Positions 33,001 to 42,673 of a stretch of DNA of 64,000 nt are shown piece by piece. Below the pieces are notes generated by a model, which was given only the letters and a program-made list of their open reading frames with translations, ran no database searches and was not told the DNA's origin. Origin of the DNA: Aureliella sp. (lineage in GTDB: Bacteria; Planctomycetota; Planctomycetia; Pirellulales; Pirellulaceae). The stretch spans positions 480,001-544,000 of the forward strand of contig OY829846.1 in assembly GCA_963691875.1 (NCBI GenBank). Direction: 5' to 3'. A program made the position numbers and the translations under genes. Positions within the stretch are counted from its first letter, which is position 1; each line of letters opens with the position of its first letter.

Positions 33001-34297
33001 CAAGAGACTTGCGGGCCTCCCTGTCAAATGGATTCGCATTCAGTGCGCGGCGTAATGCTGCAATCTCCAAATCTTCACGCCCGAGTTGCTCAAAACAAAT
33101 CGCCAGAAGCATCTCAGTGCGTATCAACAAGTCCCGGTCTGTTCGGCCCGTTGTGTTGCGTGATTTCTTCGCTGATGCAACGGCCTTTAGGTACTGATGA
33201 TCTAAGAGGAACAATCTTGCCTCTAGGAAATGGATCGGTGCCTCTGCGAATTCTATAGCACGTAAGTCCGTTATCAGTTCTTTCGCACTTTCAACATTTC
33301 CCGACTCAACTTCGAGGCTAGCCAAATTCCAGGTCAGGTCTTTTTGCATTGGCGCATGCCTCAAGCCTTCCCTCAGTAATTCCGTCGCACCGGGAACATC
33401 CTGATCAATAAGCTTGAGCTGCGCAGCAGCGCCGTATAGTCTGTGGTCCTCAGGCGATGCCATCATTGCCGCTCTGATGACCTTGCTTGCGAAGTCTGTT
33501 TGTTCAGTTACCGTCGCAAGCTCTGCGGCGAGAAGACTAACTGCTGAACTTTCCGGTTCTAGATCAGCGGCGACGCTCAAATCTTGTTCAGCTGAATCGA
33601 GGTACTGATGCATGAGCTTTGGCTCGGCTGTCTTCCTCGCACGATCAAGTGTCCATTTAGCGCGAACAACATAGCTACTTGCTTGGTCATTTGCCCGGTC
33701 GACAAACGCGTCTAGTTTTTTTATTGCTACTTGCGGTCGTGTTAGACGATCTGCCAACAGGTAGGCAAGCCTTTCCACAACTTCGCTGTTTTTCGGAGCG
33801 ATGGATGAGGCCAATTGTAGAAGCTCTTTGGAGCGATTGGGGGCCCCAAGGTTTTCCTCAGCCAGTGCCAACTGCATCATGTAGCTGACATTCTTCGGGT
33901 TTTTTGGAAGGAGATGCTCCTCCAATTGACGCTTGGCATCCGAAAAACGCCCAATCTCTAGACAGAGGAGGACTAGGCGATCACGAGCTCGATCCGAATT
34001 GGGTTCGTCGCGGATCTCCGCTTCAAGCTGTAACAAAGCCTCTTTTACATTCCCGCTTTTTATGAGGCAATCGGCGAATTCCGATCGCAGATGTGGTTGG
34101 TCGCTGTGCTTACTAAGGACAACCTTATAAAGACGAATGGCTTCTAACAGATCTCCGTCATCTCTTGCTTCCCTGGCTTTTTCCAAGACGAGCGCTCTAC
34201 TCCGACCTGCTTGTGACCGGTGGAGCAAAACTGCGGATGTTAGGAGTAGGCACGCAGCAGCCGAAAGAACTCCTAAAAATCGCCAGTTCAGTTTCAT
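30080..34297 (-). CDS. Large membrane-anchored TPR-repeat protein (1405 aa)
   Basis: N-terminal hydrophobic anchor; helical repeats such as AENQFRKAIEISP, ARNNLA, FLDTRGLV. Confidence 0.88.
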   Translation of the reverse strand: MKLNWRFLGVLSAAACLLLTSAVLLHRSQAGRSRALVLEKAREARDDGDLLEAIRLYKVVLSKHSDQPHLRSEFADCLIKSGNVKEALLQLEAEIRDEPNSDRARDRLVLLCLEIGRFSDAKRQLEEHLLPKNPKNVSYMMQLALAEENLGAPNRSKELLQLASSIAPKNSEVVERLAYLLADRLTRPQVAIKKLDAFVDRANDQASSYVVRAKWTLDRARKTAEPKLMHQYLDSAEQDLSVAADLEPESSAVSLLAAELATVTEQTDFASKVIRAAMMASPEDHRLYGAAAQLKLIDQDVPGATELLREGLRHAPMQKDLTWNLASLEVESGNVESAKELITDLRAIEFAEAPIHFLEARLFLLDHQYLKAVASAKKSRNTTGRTDRDLLIRTEMLLAICFEQLGREDLEIAALRRALNANPFDREARKSLASALTRMGNLREALAELKYLARLNPTSKRIAIDLAKCTLLQWQRSGSEAYRKYGEELVEKLENVPGVEADVALMKAELCYAAGDAEGAIRTLQRQIQSTPYSLELYRGIVELHLRRENFISALAMLEQAKEKLGSIPALRLAHANYLWRRYRSELPLEQLEELSVADPNWSQEQRIELAKDFAEFFFSVEDYKRCGQQLELIEEQNEGKSDLRLQLLVFDIAYREKDTAKLENALERIYAIEGPGPLWQVGRATLLTMQANRDTPALLVEALQHLSEAATTRPTWHRISRLRAEINDVAGNRQIAVRHYLDAIRLGDRAPRLIGRCVELLVQARRFVEADQVIRHLSEEYIPLSRNLTQIASNLSIQLQDFDRALDLAVRRAKQSEKQADLFWLAQILRITGNFTKAENQFRKAIEISPSSPEPWIALVQMHCGQGKLSLAKTVISEAEHSISTRYLSDTLAQCYQSTGDERSAEEYYRKAIKECPTDSSLLRRFTSFYLESGRIAKAIPLLERLVANSSKVQIDDQIWGRRNLALSIGIQGDQESNARALRLIKENIKSSENSTEDLRCLAILLSKDGRSENSDKGLKILVDLVAKQTTFSIPDNALLADLYRQRNDWANYSRTMRRVLGNGGAEIADYVSQYATALIDRGELNEGKLWLNQLIELAPDSVTTIKAESKVLFTEGKFTALTLMLEQAAESSELNQEVAPISEYYGIQLRRAGQVELSERMLKIALRANTEIARYDSAGDLRLASFYARTGNVQKALDLIPREDANALQLVALAYGAIQSGTEDRDCVAQLISYLQAADKATLTEVLLCVGDLYSWLGDTEKACDAYNSVLESDPSNVSARNNLAAICALTSKQLGQAMFAIESVIGDLGPQAAFLDTRGLVHMAAGRFDAAEVDFRKAIDLAGKATYHFHLAQIFAYQQRFTDAGNSLRVAKKQLDIHTLLPIERASLKRLQTAVLANASLN

Positions 34298-34359
34298 GAC
34301 AACGCTGATCTAAAGCCCTTGTACATCGTTGCGGCAGGCTGCAAATCTTATAAGCCGTC

Positions 34360-35124
34360 TCAAGAAGACAATGACTCTTGACGTAACGCTTTGCGGCTTC
34401 GGCGAAAAACGAGAAAAGCGGGAATCCCTGTTATTGCCATCGCGATCGCAGAGGGAAGAGGAACCGCAAGGGCAACCATGCCAGAGTTACGAGGCAAATT
34501 GACTGATCCAGTCCCAAAACCGGGGCTTTGTGAGCTCGTGAAGTACATGATGCTTGAAAACATCAGAGGTGAGGATGTGAGAGCATTGCGGAATCTAAAC
34601 ACAACCTTATTACTGGGAGTAATCGTTGCGGTGTTTGGCTCCACTGCCGCTGCGACAGAAGCATTGTCGTCGGCATTGATAAACGAGGGCAGGGATCCAG
34701 TTTGAAGCGGGTTCGCCAGACTACCATCGACACCTAAACCAAAGTTTCCGCCAAGGCCAACTTGCATCCCATCTGAGAAAACCGTGTCTGCCACAAATCC
34801 CGCTGAATTCGCAACACCGCCGTCACTTAGGTCGATCTGAAACCGGGAGAGATCATCATCTGTCCCGGAGTGCAACTTCGAATTGACAACTTGATAGAAA
34901 TAGACATAGCGGTCTGAGGTCCCAGTAGCATTGCTCGGGGTGATCCCGAGGTCCGTTGCCCAATTACCACTACCACCCGTATTGTCGTACACTGCGAAAC
35001 TCACGTGTGCGTCTGAGCTGACGTTTTCGCTAAAGTAGGAATTTCCACAGTGTCCAGTGAGAAAGCCAGCCGAGACAGGCGACACGCACAAAAAAGTTAA
35101 AATTACAAAAGCTAAGAACTTCAT
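34360..35124 (-). CDS. Secreted protein with PEP-CTERM-like (VPLP-type) sorting signal
   Basis: Signal peptide MKFLAFVIL...VSA; Ser/Gly/Asn/Thr-rich body; C-terminal VPLPSA + hydrophobic helix + RRSRK. Confidence 0.82.
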   Translation of the reverse strand: MKFLAFVILTFLCVSPVSAGFLTGHCGNSYFSENVSSDAHVSFAVYDNTGGSGNWATDLGITPSNATGTSDRYVYFYQVVNSKLHSGTDDDLSRFQIDLSDGGVANSAGFVADTVFSDGMQVGLGGNFGLGVDGSLANPLQTGSLPSFINADDNASVAAAVEPNTATITPSNKVVFRFRNALTSSPLMFSSIMYFTSSQSPGFGTGSVNLPRNSGMVALAVPLPSAIAMAITGIPAFLVFRRSRKALRQESLSS

Positions 35125-35195
35125 AATGTCTCTTTCGCCCCCGCGAAAATAAAATCAAAAAACCCATTTAGGGTAGCTAACCGTTAATACAAAAT

Positions 35196-35858
35196 TCACG
35201 AGTCAATTGCTCTGACCTCGAGTAAATCACGTTTCTGGATTGCTAAAAGTTTTCTGGCGAACCGCGCTAACACCGGCCAGCCTGCGTCTATGTCGCTTTG
35301 ACTGATTTGTAACAAGTACTTCTCAACGCATGGCCATGACTTATCACCCCAGCGAACAAGTAACTCCACCCGTGCTTCTTCCGCGGTAGTGAAGCACCTA
35401 TCTCCCATTCGATACCAGTGTGCTGTGACTATGCTTTTCGATTGACGCTGGAAGTGTATCAACTCAACGGGGATTTTCAGGTCGTCGCCTTCTATTTCTA
35501 CGTTTCGCCTACCCATGATCGTCCAATTGGCAGACGGATAGCAGATCTCGGGATGGTGTGGAGCCGCCATTCCTACCTCCTCCGGGGTTCCCCATATAGC
35601 AGCGTGAAAGGAAATCTCGTGGCCGATTGCATCCCTATAAAGTCGTTGAATAAACGAATTAGCGCTGAGTACTCCCAGCGTCTCCTCCTGAATCTCGATA
35701 TCCTCGCCACGCCACTGCCCTAGTGTGAGCGGAATGGTATGCAAATCGATGACGGGTTCCTCCACGTTAAACTTGTATCCAGATCGGACCCAGTGGACTG
35801 AGGTAAAGCTCAGACCAATGGCAGCGGCTACGATTATGATTTTGTTTCTAATCATCAA
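35196..35858 (-). CDS. epsI: Exosortase-associated EpsI family protein
   Basis: IPLTLGQWRGEDI, RLYRD, HHPEICYPSANW, HWY; lies near the exosortase. Confidence 0.82.
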   Translation of the reverse strand: MMIRNKIIIVAAAIGLSFTSVHWVRSGYKFNVEEPVIDLHTIPLTLGQWRGEDIEIQEETLGVLSANSFIQRLYRDAIGHEISFHAAIWGTPEEVGMAAPHHPEICYPSANWTIMGRRNVEIEGDDLKIPVELIHFQRQSKSIVTAHWYRMGDRCFTTAEEARVELLVRWGDKSWPCVEKYLLQISQSDIDAGWPVLARFARKLLAIQKRDLLEVRAIDS

Positions 35859-35907
35859 GCTCGATCACCCGGTGATACATTTTGCGGCGGTCGTGTACTT
35901 CAAGATT

Positions 35908-38232
35908 TCACCGCGGTGCCGGCTTCTTTGCGTTAACCGCCGGCTCTTGCCTGTGATAGTCGTAATCGTACCCATAGCCATGATAGCCTAAGTTCTCGTG
36001 AATTCCAATGAAAACAGTGCCGAGGATATCAACCCCGTAATGGTTGAGCTCTGTGCAGGCATTACGGAAAGGCGGAACCCTTGACACGTCACGTCGGACA
36101 GTCATGATCGCTCCGTCGCAATGTGTGCCAACCAGGCAAGCATCTACTACTGCTAGAACGGGGGAGCTATCCACAATAATTAGATCAAATTCCTGCTTCA
36201 GCTCTTTGAAAAACTCCTCTAGCTTGCCATTAGACTCGTAACGCGTCATGTCGTCGTTGGCAGGTCCAGACGTGAGAACGTTAATGCTTCCAACCCTATG
36301 CACTGCTTCACGCCAATGACATCGACCACTCAAAACGTCTGACACCCCAAGTGACCGATCAAGACCAAGATACCTCTCGATAGAGGGTCTTCTCAAGTCA
36401 AAGTCAACTAGTAGCACCCGAAGGCTCGACTGGGCCAGAGTCTTTGCTAGCTGAACACTCATGGTCGACTTGCCTTCTGACGCGATTGCACTGCCAATCA
36501 TGATTACGCGTTTGTCAGCCTTTTGAAAAAGCATAGAGACAAGTGTGCTCGTGGAACGAATCGCCTCGCTAAGCGACCGAGATTCAGGCGGTAACTCGGA
36601 GGGATCCACCACCTCTCCGGTGATCGGAAATGCGTCATTCATCAGATACTTCGGCGCAACTTGCGGGATGGAGCCTAAACGCGTCGCCGTGAGCGATCCA
36701 TCGAGCATGTCGGGCGAATCGATTCGGCGGCGACTAACATCATATCCGACACAAAGTGCAACGGGCACAAAGAACCCAATGAGTCCGAGGGCGGCCAGCG
36801 TGAAGTAACGCTTCTTCTGACTCGCTGCGCCTGCCCACTTTGCATCATTCACTAATGTGATTCTCGATTCCGTTTTTAACTCGATTTTTGTTCTCTCTAT
36901 CTCTTCGCTCAACGAACTTAGGACGTCATCCAGACTTTGTATTTCGGACCGCATGATAAGAACATCAATGGACGAGCGTCCAAGTGTCTTAGTTCCTGCC
37001 TCGAGTTCAGCTACTTTCTCCTGAATTGCTTTCTCCTGTGATTGTAGAACCTTCACTCTCTTATCAAGAAAAGCTAGCCCCACAGTTTCTGAATGCTCTC
37101 CGATGCCAGACTGTGTTGACGTCTCTTCGATAGCGGCTAGCTGGGCAGCTAGACTTTCGACTTCGTGGCTTAATCCCAGTTTTTTGGCCTCAAGCGATCT
37201 CCGCCGGGATGCGACATTGGGGTGAGAGGTTCCAAAATTCTCCGCCCCCTCGCGAAGCTGCAATTCGACTTCCACGATTTCACGCTGCAAAGACATGAGT
37301 TCGCGATGTAACGGAAGTGTTGCGAGGGTGAGTGTATGTTTCGGTGAGACGTCTTCCGCAGTATCCTGTGTGGTCGCGGACTCCGTATTTCTAAGCTCGT
37401 TTAGCTCTAGAGCGATGTCGAGTTCGCCTTGTGCCTTCATCAATTCAAACTGAACCTCGCTCAATTTTTCTTGCATCAGGCCAAACTGTTGAATCGCACT
37501 TTGTTGAGCCACGGTTAGCGACTCGGAATCGCTTGTCCCAAGTGCCTCTGCGAGGAACCGTAGTTCTTGCTGTTTGGAACGCATCTGATCTTCGGAGGTT
37601 GCACGGACTGCCTGAAGGTTTTCCAAGCGTTGAAAACGGGTCATTCTTTCGCTATTGACGACCTCCTCTAAGTACGCGCTAACGATCGCATTCACCAGCA
37701 TGACCGAAGCCCTCGGATCCGAGGAAGTGAAACCAACCTCCATGATCTCACCATCTGCCTGAAACTCTGCGTCTACATTTTCCTTCATCCAAACAACAGG
37801 CTCTGTTTTGTTAGCGACCAGTGGTAGGTTTCGCACCTCATCATCTCGTAATGCAGCGTTGAGTACGAATGGTGTTGTTATCAACTGCATCTGAGTGTTT
37901 TTGTAGAGATCGAAGGTCGACTTCATGCCAGGATGATCTGCCGTTTCGAAAGCGAGCGGCTTCGCTTCGACTTTCACCCTAAGATATGCTACGGCCCGAT
38001 GTTCAGGCACGGTCAAATTCGCCCCCAATGCAGACAGGAGCAGAGCTAGCAGCACGCCTGCCGGCAGCGTGTATCGCGAATAACGGCGAAGTGACTGGAA
38101 CACCGTGACTGGAAGCAAAGACTTTTGCTCTTGTGCAGGTCCCTTAACCTCAGACTCGACAACTACTAGCTGCGAATGATTCCGATCATCCTCGGAAATT
38201 GACAGGCTTCGTGTTTGGTATTCGTTGGGCAC
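35908..38232 (-). CDS. wzc: Polysaccharide co-polymerase / tyrosine autokinase Wzc
   Basis: Two TMs flank a coiled coil; SAIASEGKST (Walker A), VDFDLRRP, IIVDSSP; Tyr cluster GYHGYGYDYDYH. Start set at GTG 38232 with GGAGG upstream. Confidence 0.9.
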   Translation of the reverse strand: MPNEYQTRSLSISEDDRNHSQLVVVESEVKGPAQEQKSLLPVTVFQSLRRYSRYTLPAGVLLALLLSALGANLTVPEHRAVAYLRVKVEAKPLAFETADHPGMKSTFDLYKNTQMQLITTPFVLNAALRDDEVRNLPLVANKTEPVVWMKENVDAEFQADGEIMEVGFTSSDPRASVMLVNAIVSAYLEEVVNSERMTRFQRLENLQAVRATSEDQMRSKQQELRFLAEALGTSDSESLTVAQQSAIQQFGLMQEKLSEVQFELMKAQGELDIALELNELRNTESATTQDTAEDVSPKHTLTLATLPLHRELMSLQREIVEVELQLREGAENFGTSHPNVASRRRSLEAKKLGLSHEVESLAAQLAAIEETSTQSGIGEHSETVGLAFLDKRVKVLQSQEKAIQEKVAELEAGTKTLGRSSIDVLIMRSEIQSLDDVLSSLSEEIERTKIELKTESRITLVNDAKWAGAASQKKRYFTLAALGLIGFFVPVALCVGYDVSRRRIDSPDMLDGSLTATRLGSIPQVAPKYLMNDAFPITGEVVDPSELPPESRSLSEAIRSTSTLVSMLFQKADKRVIMIGSAIASEGKSTMSVQLAKTLAQSSLRVLLVDFDLRRPSIERYLGLDRSLGVSDVLSGRCHWREAVHRVGSINVLTSGPANDDMTRYESNGKLEEFFKELKQEFDLIIVDSSPVLAVVDACLVGTHCDGAIMTVRRDVSRVPPFRNACTELNHYGVDILGTVFIGIHENLGYHGYGYDYDYHRQEPAVNAKKPAPR

Positions 38233-38237
38233 CGGGT

Positions 38238-39179
38238 TTACCTCCGAGGCTGATTGTACAGGGCCGAGACCTGTCTGGGCGGGTCGTTCGGCACAAATAG
38301 ACGGTCCAATAATATTAATTCGATCGACAGAAGCACGAAGCCGAGAGGCACCATCATCCAACCTGCGACTTCGTGAAATATGTATCCCGCTATTTCCGGC
38401 GATACTAGCTCGCAAATAGCTCCTATCAGGATAATCCGAATACAGTTCGAAGCTATAGCTATTGGAACGGCGCTTGTGAAAATCAAGCACTTTTCGGCAC
38501 GAGTTCGGTCAAAGCTCAAGCAGGCCGCAACTGTCAAAGCAAAAAATGCATTCAACATTCGTAGTCCGCTGCAAGTCTCTACAATTCCAATTTGGAAGGA
38601 TGCAAGTTGGATGCTGTTTCCCTGAACAAAACAGGGTATCCCTAACATTTGAAGACCATAGCTGCTCGCTATAGTCGAGAGGTCTTGAAGACCACCCCCT
38701 ATTAAGCCATGAAGAGGGCGAGGAAGGGGGATCATGAAAAATAGAAACAAAGCCGCTGGAAGGATCCAAGCCAAACCGCGTCTGCCGTAAATTGTCGAGG
38801 TAACTCCCAGCAGAAACGGGATCATTGAGAAAGCTTCAACACTTCTGGCACGAATGAGAGCGCCTAGCAGCAGAAGCCCTATGGCGGCAGCGCTGAGCAT
38901 CACTCCGATAACCAATCCGTCATCTGATGTGGTTGGGGACCTTAAATCAAGGGTATGACGCTTTGTCCAAAGGTAATAGATCGCGAAAGCTGGGACGAGA
39001 AACCCGTGCGAGTAATCAGCGTTAATTGTCCAAATCGAAATCAGCCATTTGGCGGATTGAAGATAAAGGACGGCAAGTGCAGATAAAGCCAACCAAAATG
39101 TCAGGTGCAGTGCCGCACGTGCAGATTCATTCTCAGTGAGCGAACGCTGATTCGGATTGGTTTTACTGAGTGAATTCAC
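38238..39179 (-). CDS. xrt: Exosortase/archaeosortase family protein
   Basis: YSHGFLVP, FMIPLP, ETCSGLRML (Cys), SNCIRI (Arg), FHEVAG (His). Confidence 0.92.
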   Translation of the reverse strand: MNSLSKTNPNQRSLTENESARAALHLTFWLALSALAVLYLQSAKWLISIWTINADYSHGFLVPAFAIYYLWTKRHTLDLRSPTTSDDGLVIGVMLSAAAIGLLLLGALIRARSVEAFSMIPFLLGVTSTIYGRRGLAWILPAALFLFFMIPLPRPLHGLIGGGLQDLSTIASSYGLQMLGIPCFVQGNSIQLASFQIGIVETCSGLRMLNAFFALTVAACLSFDRTRAEKCLIFTSAVPIAIASNCIRIILIGAICELVSPEIAGYIFHEVAGWMMVPLGFVLLSIELILLDRLFVPNDPPRQVSALYNQPRR

Positions 39180-39319
39180 AAGATTTCTTCAGCAATCACA
39201 GAAGTAGGCGTTATTGGTTACTCGATGAATCGCGTTTATCGAATGACATGCAAAATTTCATTTCGATCCGCCGCATCGAATTATGCAGGCGACACTTGAA
39301 GCGGTTTTAGGCTTTACCT

Positions 39320-39712
39320 CTAAAGGCAATTGCCATCGCTGCGCATACGTACGTTAGGAAGATGAGAGCTGCACGTGGCGCATTGACTTTGCCGCTCTTT
39401 TCCTATGTTAGATGCACTTAGAGCCGACGAAGCAAGGACTTGATTCAGTCGCGAAATAGCAGGAGCGAACTTGGCGGCATCAGTTATTTGAACCTTTCCT
39501 TTCGCATTGACGGCATGGATGGCTTCTCCATTTGTTTGTGCCTCTGCCAACGATAGGTAGCTTTCCGACACTACTTTCGCGAACTCTTCATCCAAGAAAT
39601 CGCCGATACAAAAGAACGGAAATGGCTGGGCGGTTGCGCTCGATGTTTCAAGTTCTTTTACGTCGATTGCACTATTTTCTTTAGGCAAATAATCAAGTTC
39701 GCAAAGATTCAT
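39320..39712 (-). pseudogene. Probable truncated 2OG-Fe(II) oxygenase, N-terminal part only
   Basis: AQPFPFFCIGDFLDEEFA...AVNAKGKVQITD...RLNQVLAS resembles this family's N-terminus; no HxD catalytic region follows. Confidence 0.55.
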
Positions 39713-39932
39713 CTGACTGTCTTTAAGCAGGGATTCATAAATTAGTACCAAGCCTGACTTGGTAGATCCTAATGCTATTGAAAACGGATGTACTTCGTTC
39801 CCATGGGTGACTTGCAGCCCAGGTGCCGTGACCCAAGTTGAAAAAAAAATTTGAAAATTGAAAGTGTAGGCGGCTGCTAGGGCTTAACGACTAATGAAGT
39901 CAAGTGCTTATTCGCAAATCAAAAGGAAGTAA

Positions 39933-41531
39933 CTAGTGACCGCCCTCTCGCAACAGGACCGTCCTGACCGTCCGCATGATCAGATAGCAGTCAAGCCAGA
40001 TACTCCAATTGCGAATGTAGTACATATCCCAATAGATCCGAAGCTCGTAGACGCCGCTATTGCGGCAGCGGACTTGCCAAAGTCCGGTTAGTCCGGGACG
40101 CACTGATTTGTAAAGTTGGTATTCGTCTGGATAGACGCGCACGTACGTCGCGTCGTAGGTAGGCGAGTCAATAATCGGTCTGGGACCAACCACACTCATC
40201 TCTCCCACCAAAATATTCCAAAGCTGCGGAAGCTCATCTAAACTCGTTGCCCGTAGAAACTTTCCAATCCAGGTTACCCTGGGGTCATTTTTTAACTTGT
40301 GCGTTTCTTGCCACTCTCTGTTCGCCTTTGGATTTTTCTCGAGAAAGGAATCCAAAACTTTGTCAGCATCTGACTGCATCGTCCTAAACTTCCAGGCGGT
40401 GAAGTGCTGTCCACCCAGACCAATCCGTTGCTGGCCGTACAAGACCGGACCTTTGGATGTGAGTTTGATTAGCAAAGCAATGGTTGCAAGAAACGGGAAG
40501 CCTAACAATAAAGCGGTAGCAGCCGCTGCGACATCCAATGTTCGTTTTACCCACTTGTGTAGCAATGTTGGTCGAGAACTACTGAGTCTTAGGCCCGTGG
40601 CGGCCCCAACACAGAGAAGTTCGTCCCAGATCCCCATGTCTAGCTGCTCGTATGCGAGCAAAACCCGATTGGGAATCACGGCGAGTGCTCGGTCAAGCGT
40701 GGATGTTATATCCCCCCCCGAGCCCTGAGAAATCAACGCACAAGTGATAGAATTCTCTGAGGCGAAGCTGTCGGCCGTCTTCACGTCGTAAATTGGAACC
40801 GTAGACTCGTTCGCAGTAGCCCAGTAATCCTCGGACTCCACCAAAACGCCTATCGGTCGGAAACCAAGCTCCTGCTCTTTCTGCAACCGATGAAATAGCT
40901 CTAGTCCAGGTCCAGGCTCTCCAATGATGGCTGTCGGAATACCCCACCAACTCCAGCGTGTCACCAATTTGCGAGTAATGAACCGCGAGGAAACTAAAGA
41001 GGGAATACCGAAAAAACCCGTCAGCACACACGTTACAAAAATGGCTGCCCATGACGCGACGTTCGAGTAGATTAGGACTCCCCCCATGATCAGCGAGCCG
41101 GCCATCACAACTCGGCATGTCTGACGGAACTCGACGATCGATCCAAGGCCGATACCTGGATACAAGCCTGATAAGCGTGCGATCGGTATCAAACATAGAC
41201 TCGAAATGCTGCCAGCGAAGGCTAATGTAGCAATCTCAGGTGCTAGTGTCGCCGACACCAATAATAACGAGGCCAGAAAACAACAGACGAATGTCACTGT
41301 GTCAGACAAAACGAGCGGCAACGACGTCAAGAAAGTCTGAAGCACAGCCGTGTTGGCGAGCTTTGCTGCAATGGGAGAATTATCACTCCTTGTCTTACAG
41401 TAAGCCGTTAACGTGAGTGCTGCGTTTCGATCTAAAGTCGGGAGTTTCGCGTAAGGAGTGACGCGGGATGTAACCTTTACTCGACCGGAATCCTTTGTGA
41501 CTACCGTCGTGCGTTCTGCGATGCTGGACAT
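39933..41531 (-). CDS. wbaP: Undecaprenyl-phosphate hexose-1-P transferase (WbaP-like), copy 2
   Basis: KRTLDV, WKFRTM, DPRVTWIGKFLRATSLDELPQLWN, RPGLTGLWQV. Confidence 0.9.
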   Translation of the reverse strand: MSSIAERTTVVTKDSGRVKVTSRVTPYAKLPTLDRNAALTLTAYCKTRSDNSPIAAKLANTAVLQTFLTSLPLVLSDTVTFVCCFLASLLLVSATLAPEIATLAFAGSISSLCLIPIARLSGLYPGIGLGSIVEFRQTCRVVMAGSLIMGGVLIYSNVASWAAIFVTCVLTGFFGIPSLVSSRFITRKLVTRWSWWGIPTAIIGEPGPGLELFHRLQKEQELGFRPIGVLVESEDYWATANESTVPIYDVKTADSFASENSITCALISQGSGGDITSTLDRALAVIPNRVLLAYEQLDMGIWDELLCVGAATGLRLSSSRPTLLHKWVKRTLDVAAAATALLLGFPFLATIALLIKLTSKGPVLYGQQRIGLGGQHFTAWKFRTMQSDADKVLDSFLEKNPKANREWQETHKLKNDPRVTWIGKFLRATSLDELPQLWNILVGEMSVVGPRPIIDSPTYDATYVRVYPDEYQLYKSVRPGLTGLWQVRCRNSGVYELRIYWDMYYIRNWSIWLDCYLIMRTVRTVLLREGGH

Positions 41532-42673
41532 ATTCGCTCGGGATCATCTAAGTAACTTCTAAGAAACAGAATTTAAGCAGAGAGGATTCACGCGACGCCG
41601 CGTAAGAGCATAGTCGCCACTAACGTTTGCAGTCGGCGAATCTACGCCATCCAAACTAATCTCATGTGGCCCTCCATCAAGTAGGCCCAGACGTGAAATC
41701 TGCATTTCATCGCATCGAAACGCTGTTAACGGAAGTGCGAACGACGGCAGCTCACCTCTAACGCCAAAATGGGACACCTAATTTTTTTTCAAATTTAATG
41801 CGCCCCCGAATAAAATCAGCAAAACGGAGTTTCGTAACGGAATGCAAAAAAGACTGTGGATCCGTGCAGCATGAAGCACTTTTAGGCGATTCAAGACGCT
41901 GTCTTCGCCAGCTCAAACTTAAACGCAGGGAGTCATCTGCAGTTTCCTCGCGTCGTTCCCATCCCGCCTTTTAAGGCGGCATACAGTGGGGTAGCCCTAG
42001 ATTGCAAGATCCCTACTCAAGCTGGCCTAGCTGACTGCTGCTTGAGCCCAAACGGACAGGTTTTTTAAAATTTCAGCTCGCAATTTCAACGCAAGCGAAT
42101 AGCTTTTTTCTCTGGCGTTACGCGGTTTCAGTGCTCTGAACAGTTGAAGCTTGGGGCCGTTGCCGCAAAAAAGTGAAAGTGTTTTTCGGCAACCCGTTTT
42201 CAACGCAAACGGGAGCGAGTTTGAGATTACGGAGTCGCAGGACTTTGCCGCTGACACCGGCGCAAAGGATTCCAAGAACGCGAGCGTAAGAGAAGAAGAG
42301 CCTTTAGGCGAAGGCCAATATCGCCCCTTGTATTCCCGAGTCACCCCAGCAAAATATTTCGTAGAGAGTGGGAATCCAAAAGCTTGTTGTCTGCATGATT
42401 CTTTGCAAGCTGCTTCAGGCAATGCTGGAATCGACTTATTGCCTGATGCGAATTCCTCGATTAGTGTATTCCCATAACCTCTCTGGCTCCTCCTCTCAAA
42501 CTCGACACTGTTTTGACGCGACTGCGCACGGCGTGGTGCTCACGCACCGGCGGATCAGTTTGATGCCAGGCTGTCGCAGTCTGTCTCCCATTTTGCTCTG
42601 TCGGCGACATACACCTAGATACTGCAAGCTAAACGTTACGCTCACAGAGAAGAAATTACGCAAGGAAGAATTC

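Noticed and set aside
38233..38490. N-terminal extension of Wzc in the ORF track
   Set aside because: Overlaps the exosortase; GTG 38232 has a strong GGAGG.
42368..42673. 102-aa N-terminal extension of RfbB
   Set aside because: Family similarity starts at MKALITGG (42674), which has a purine-rich RBS.
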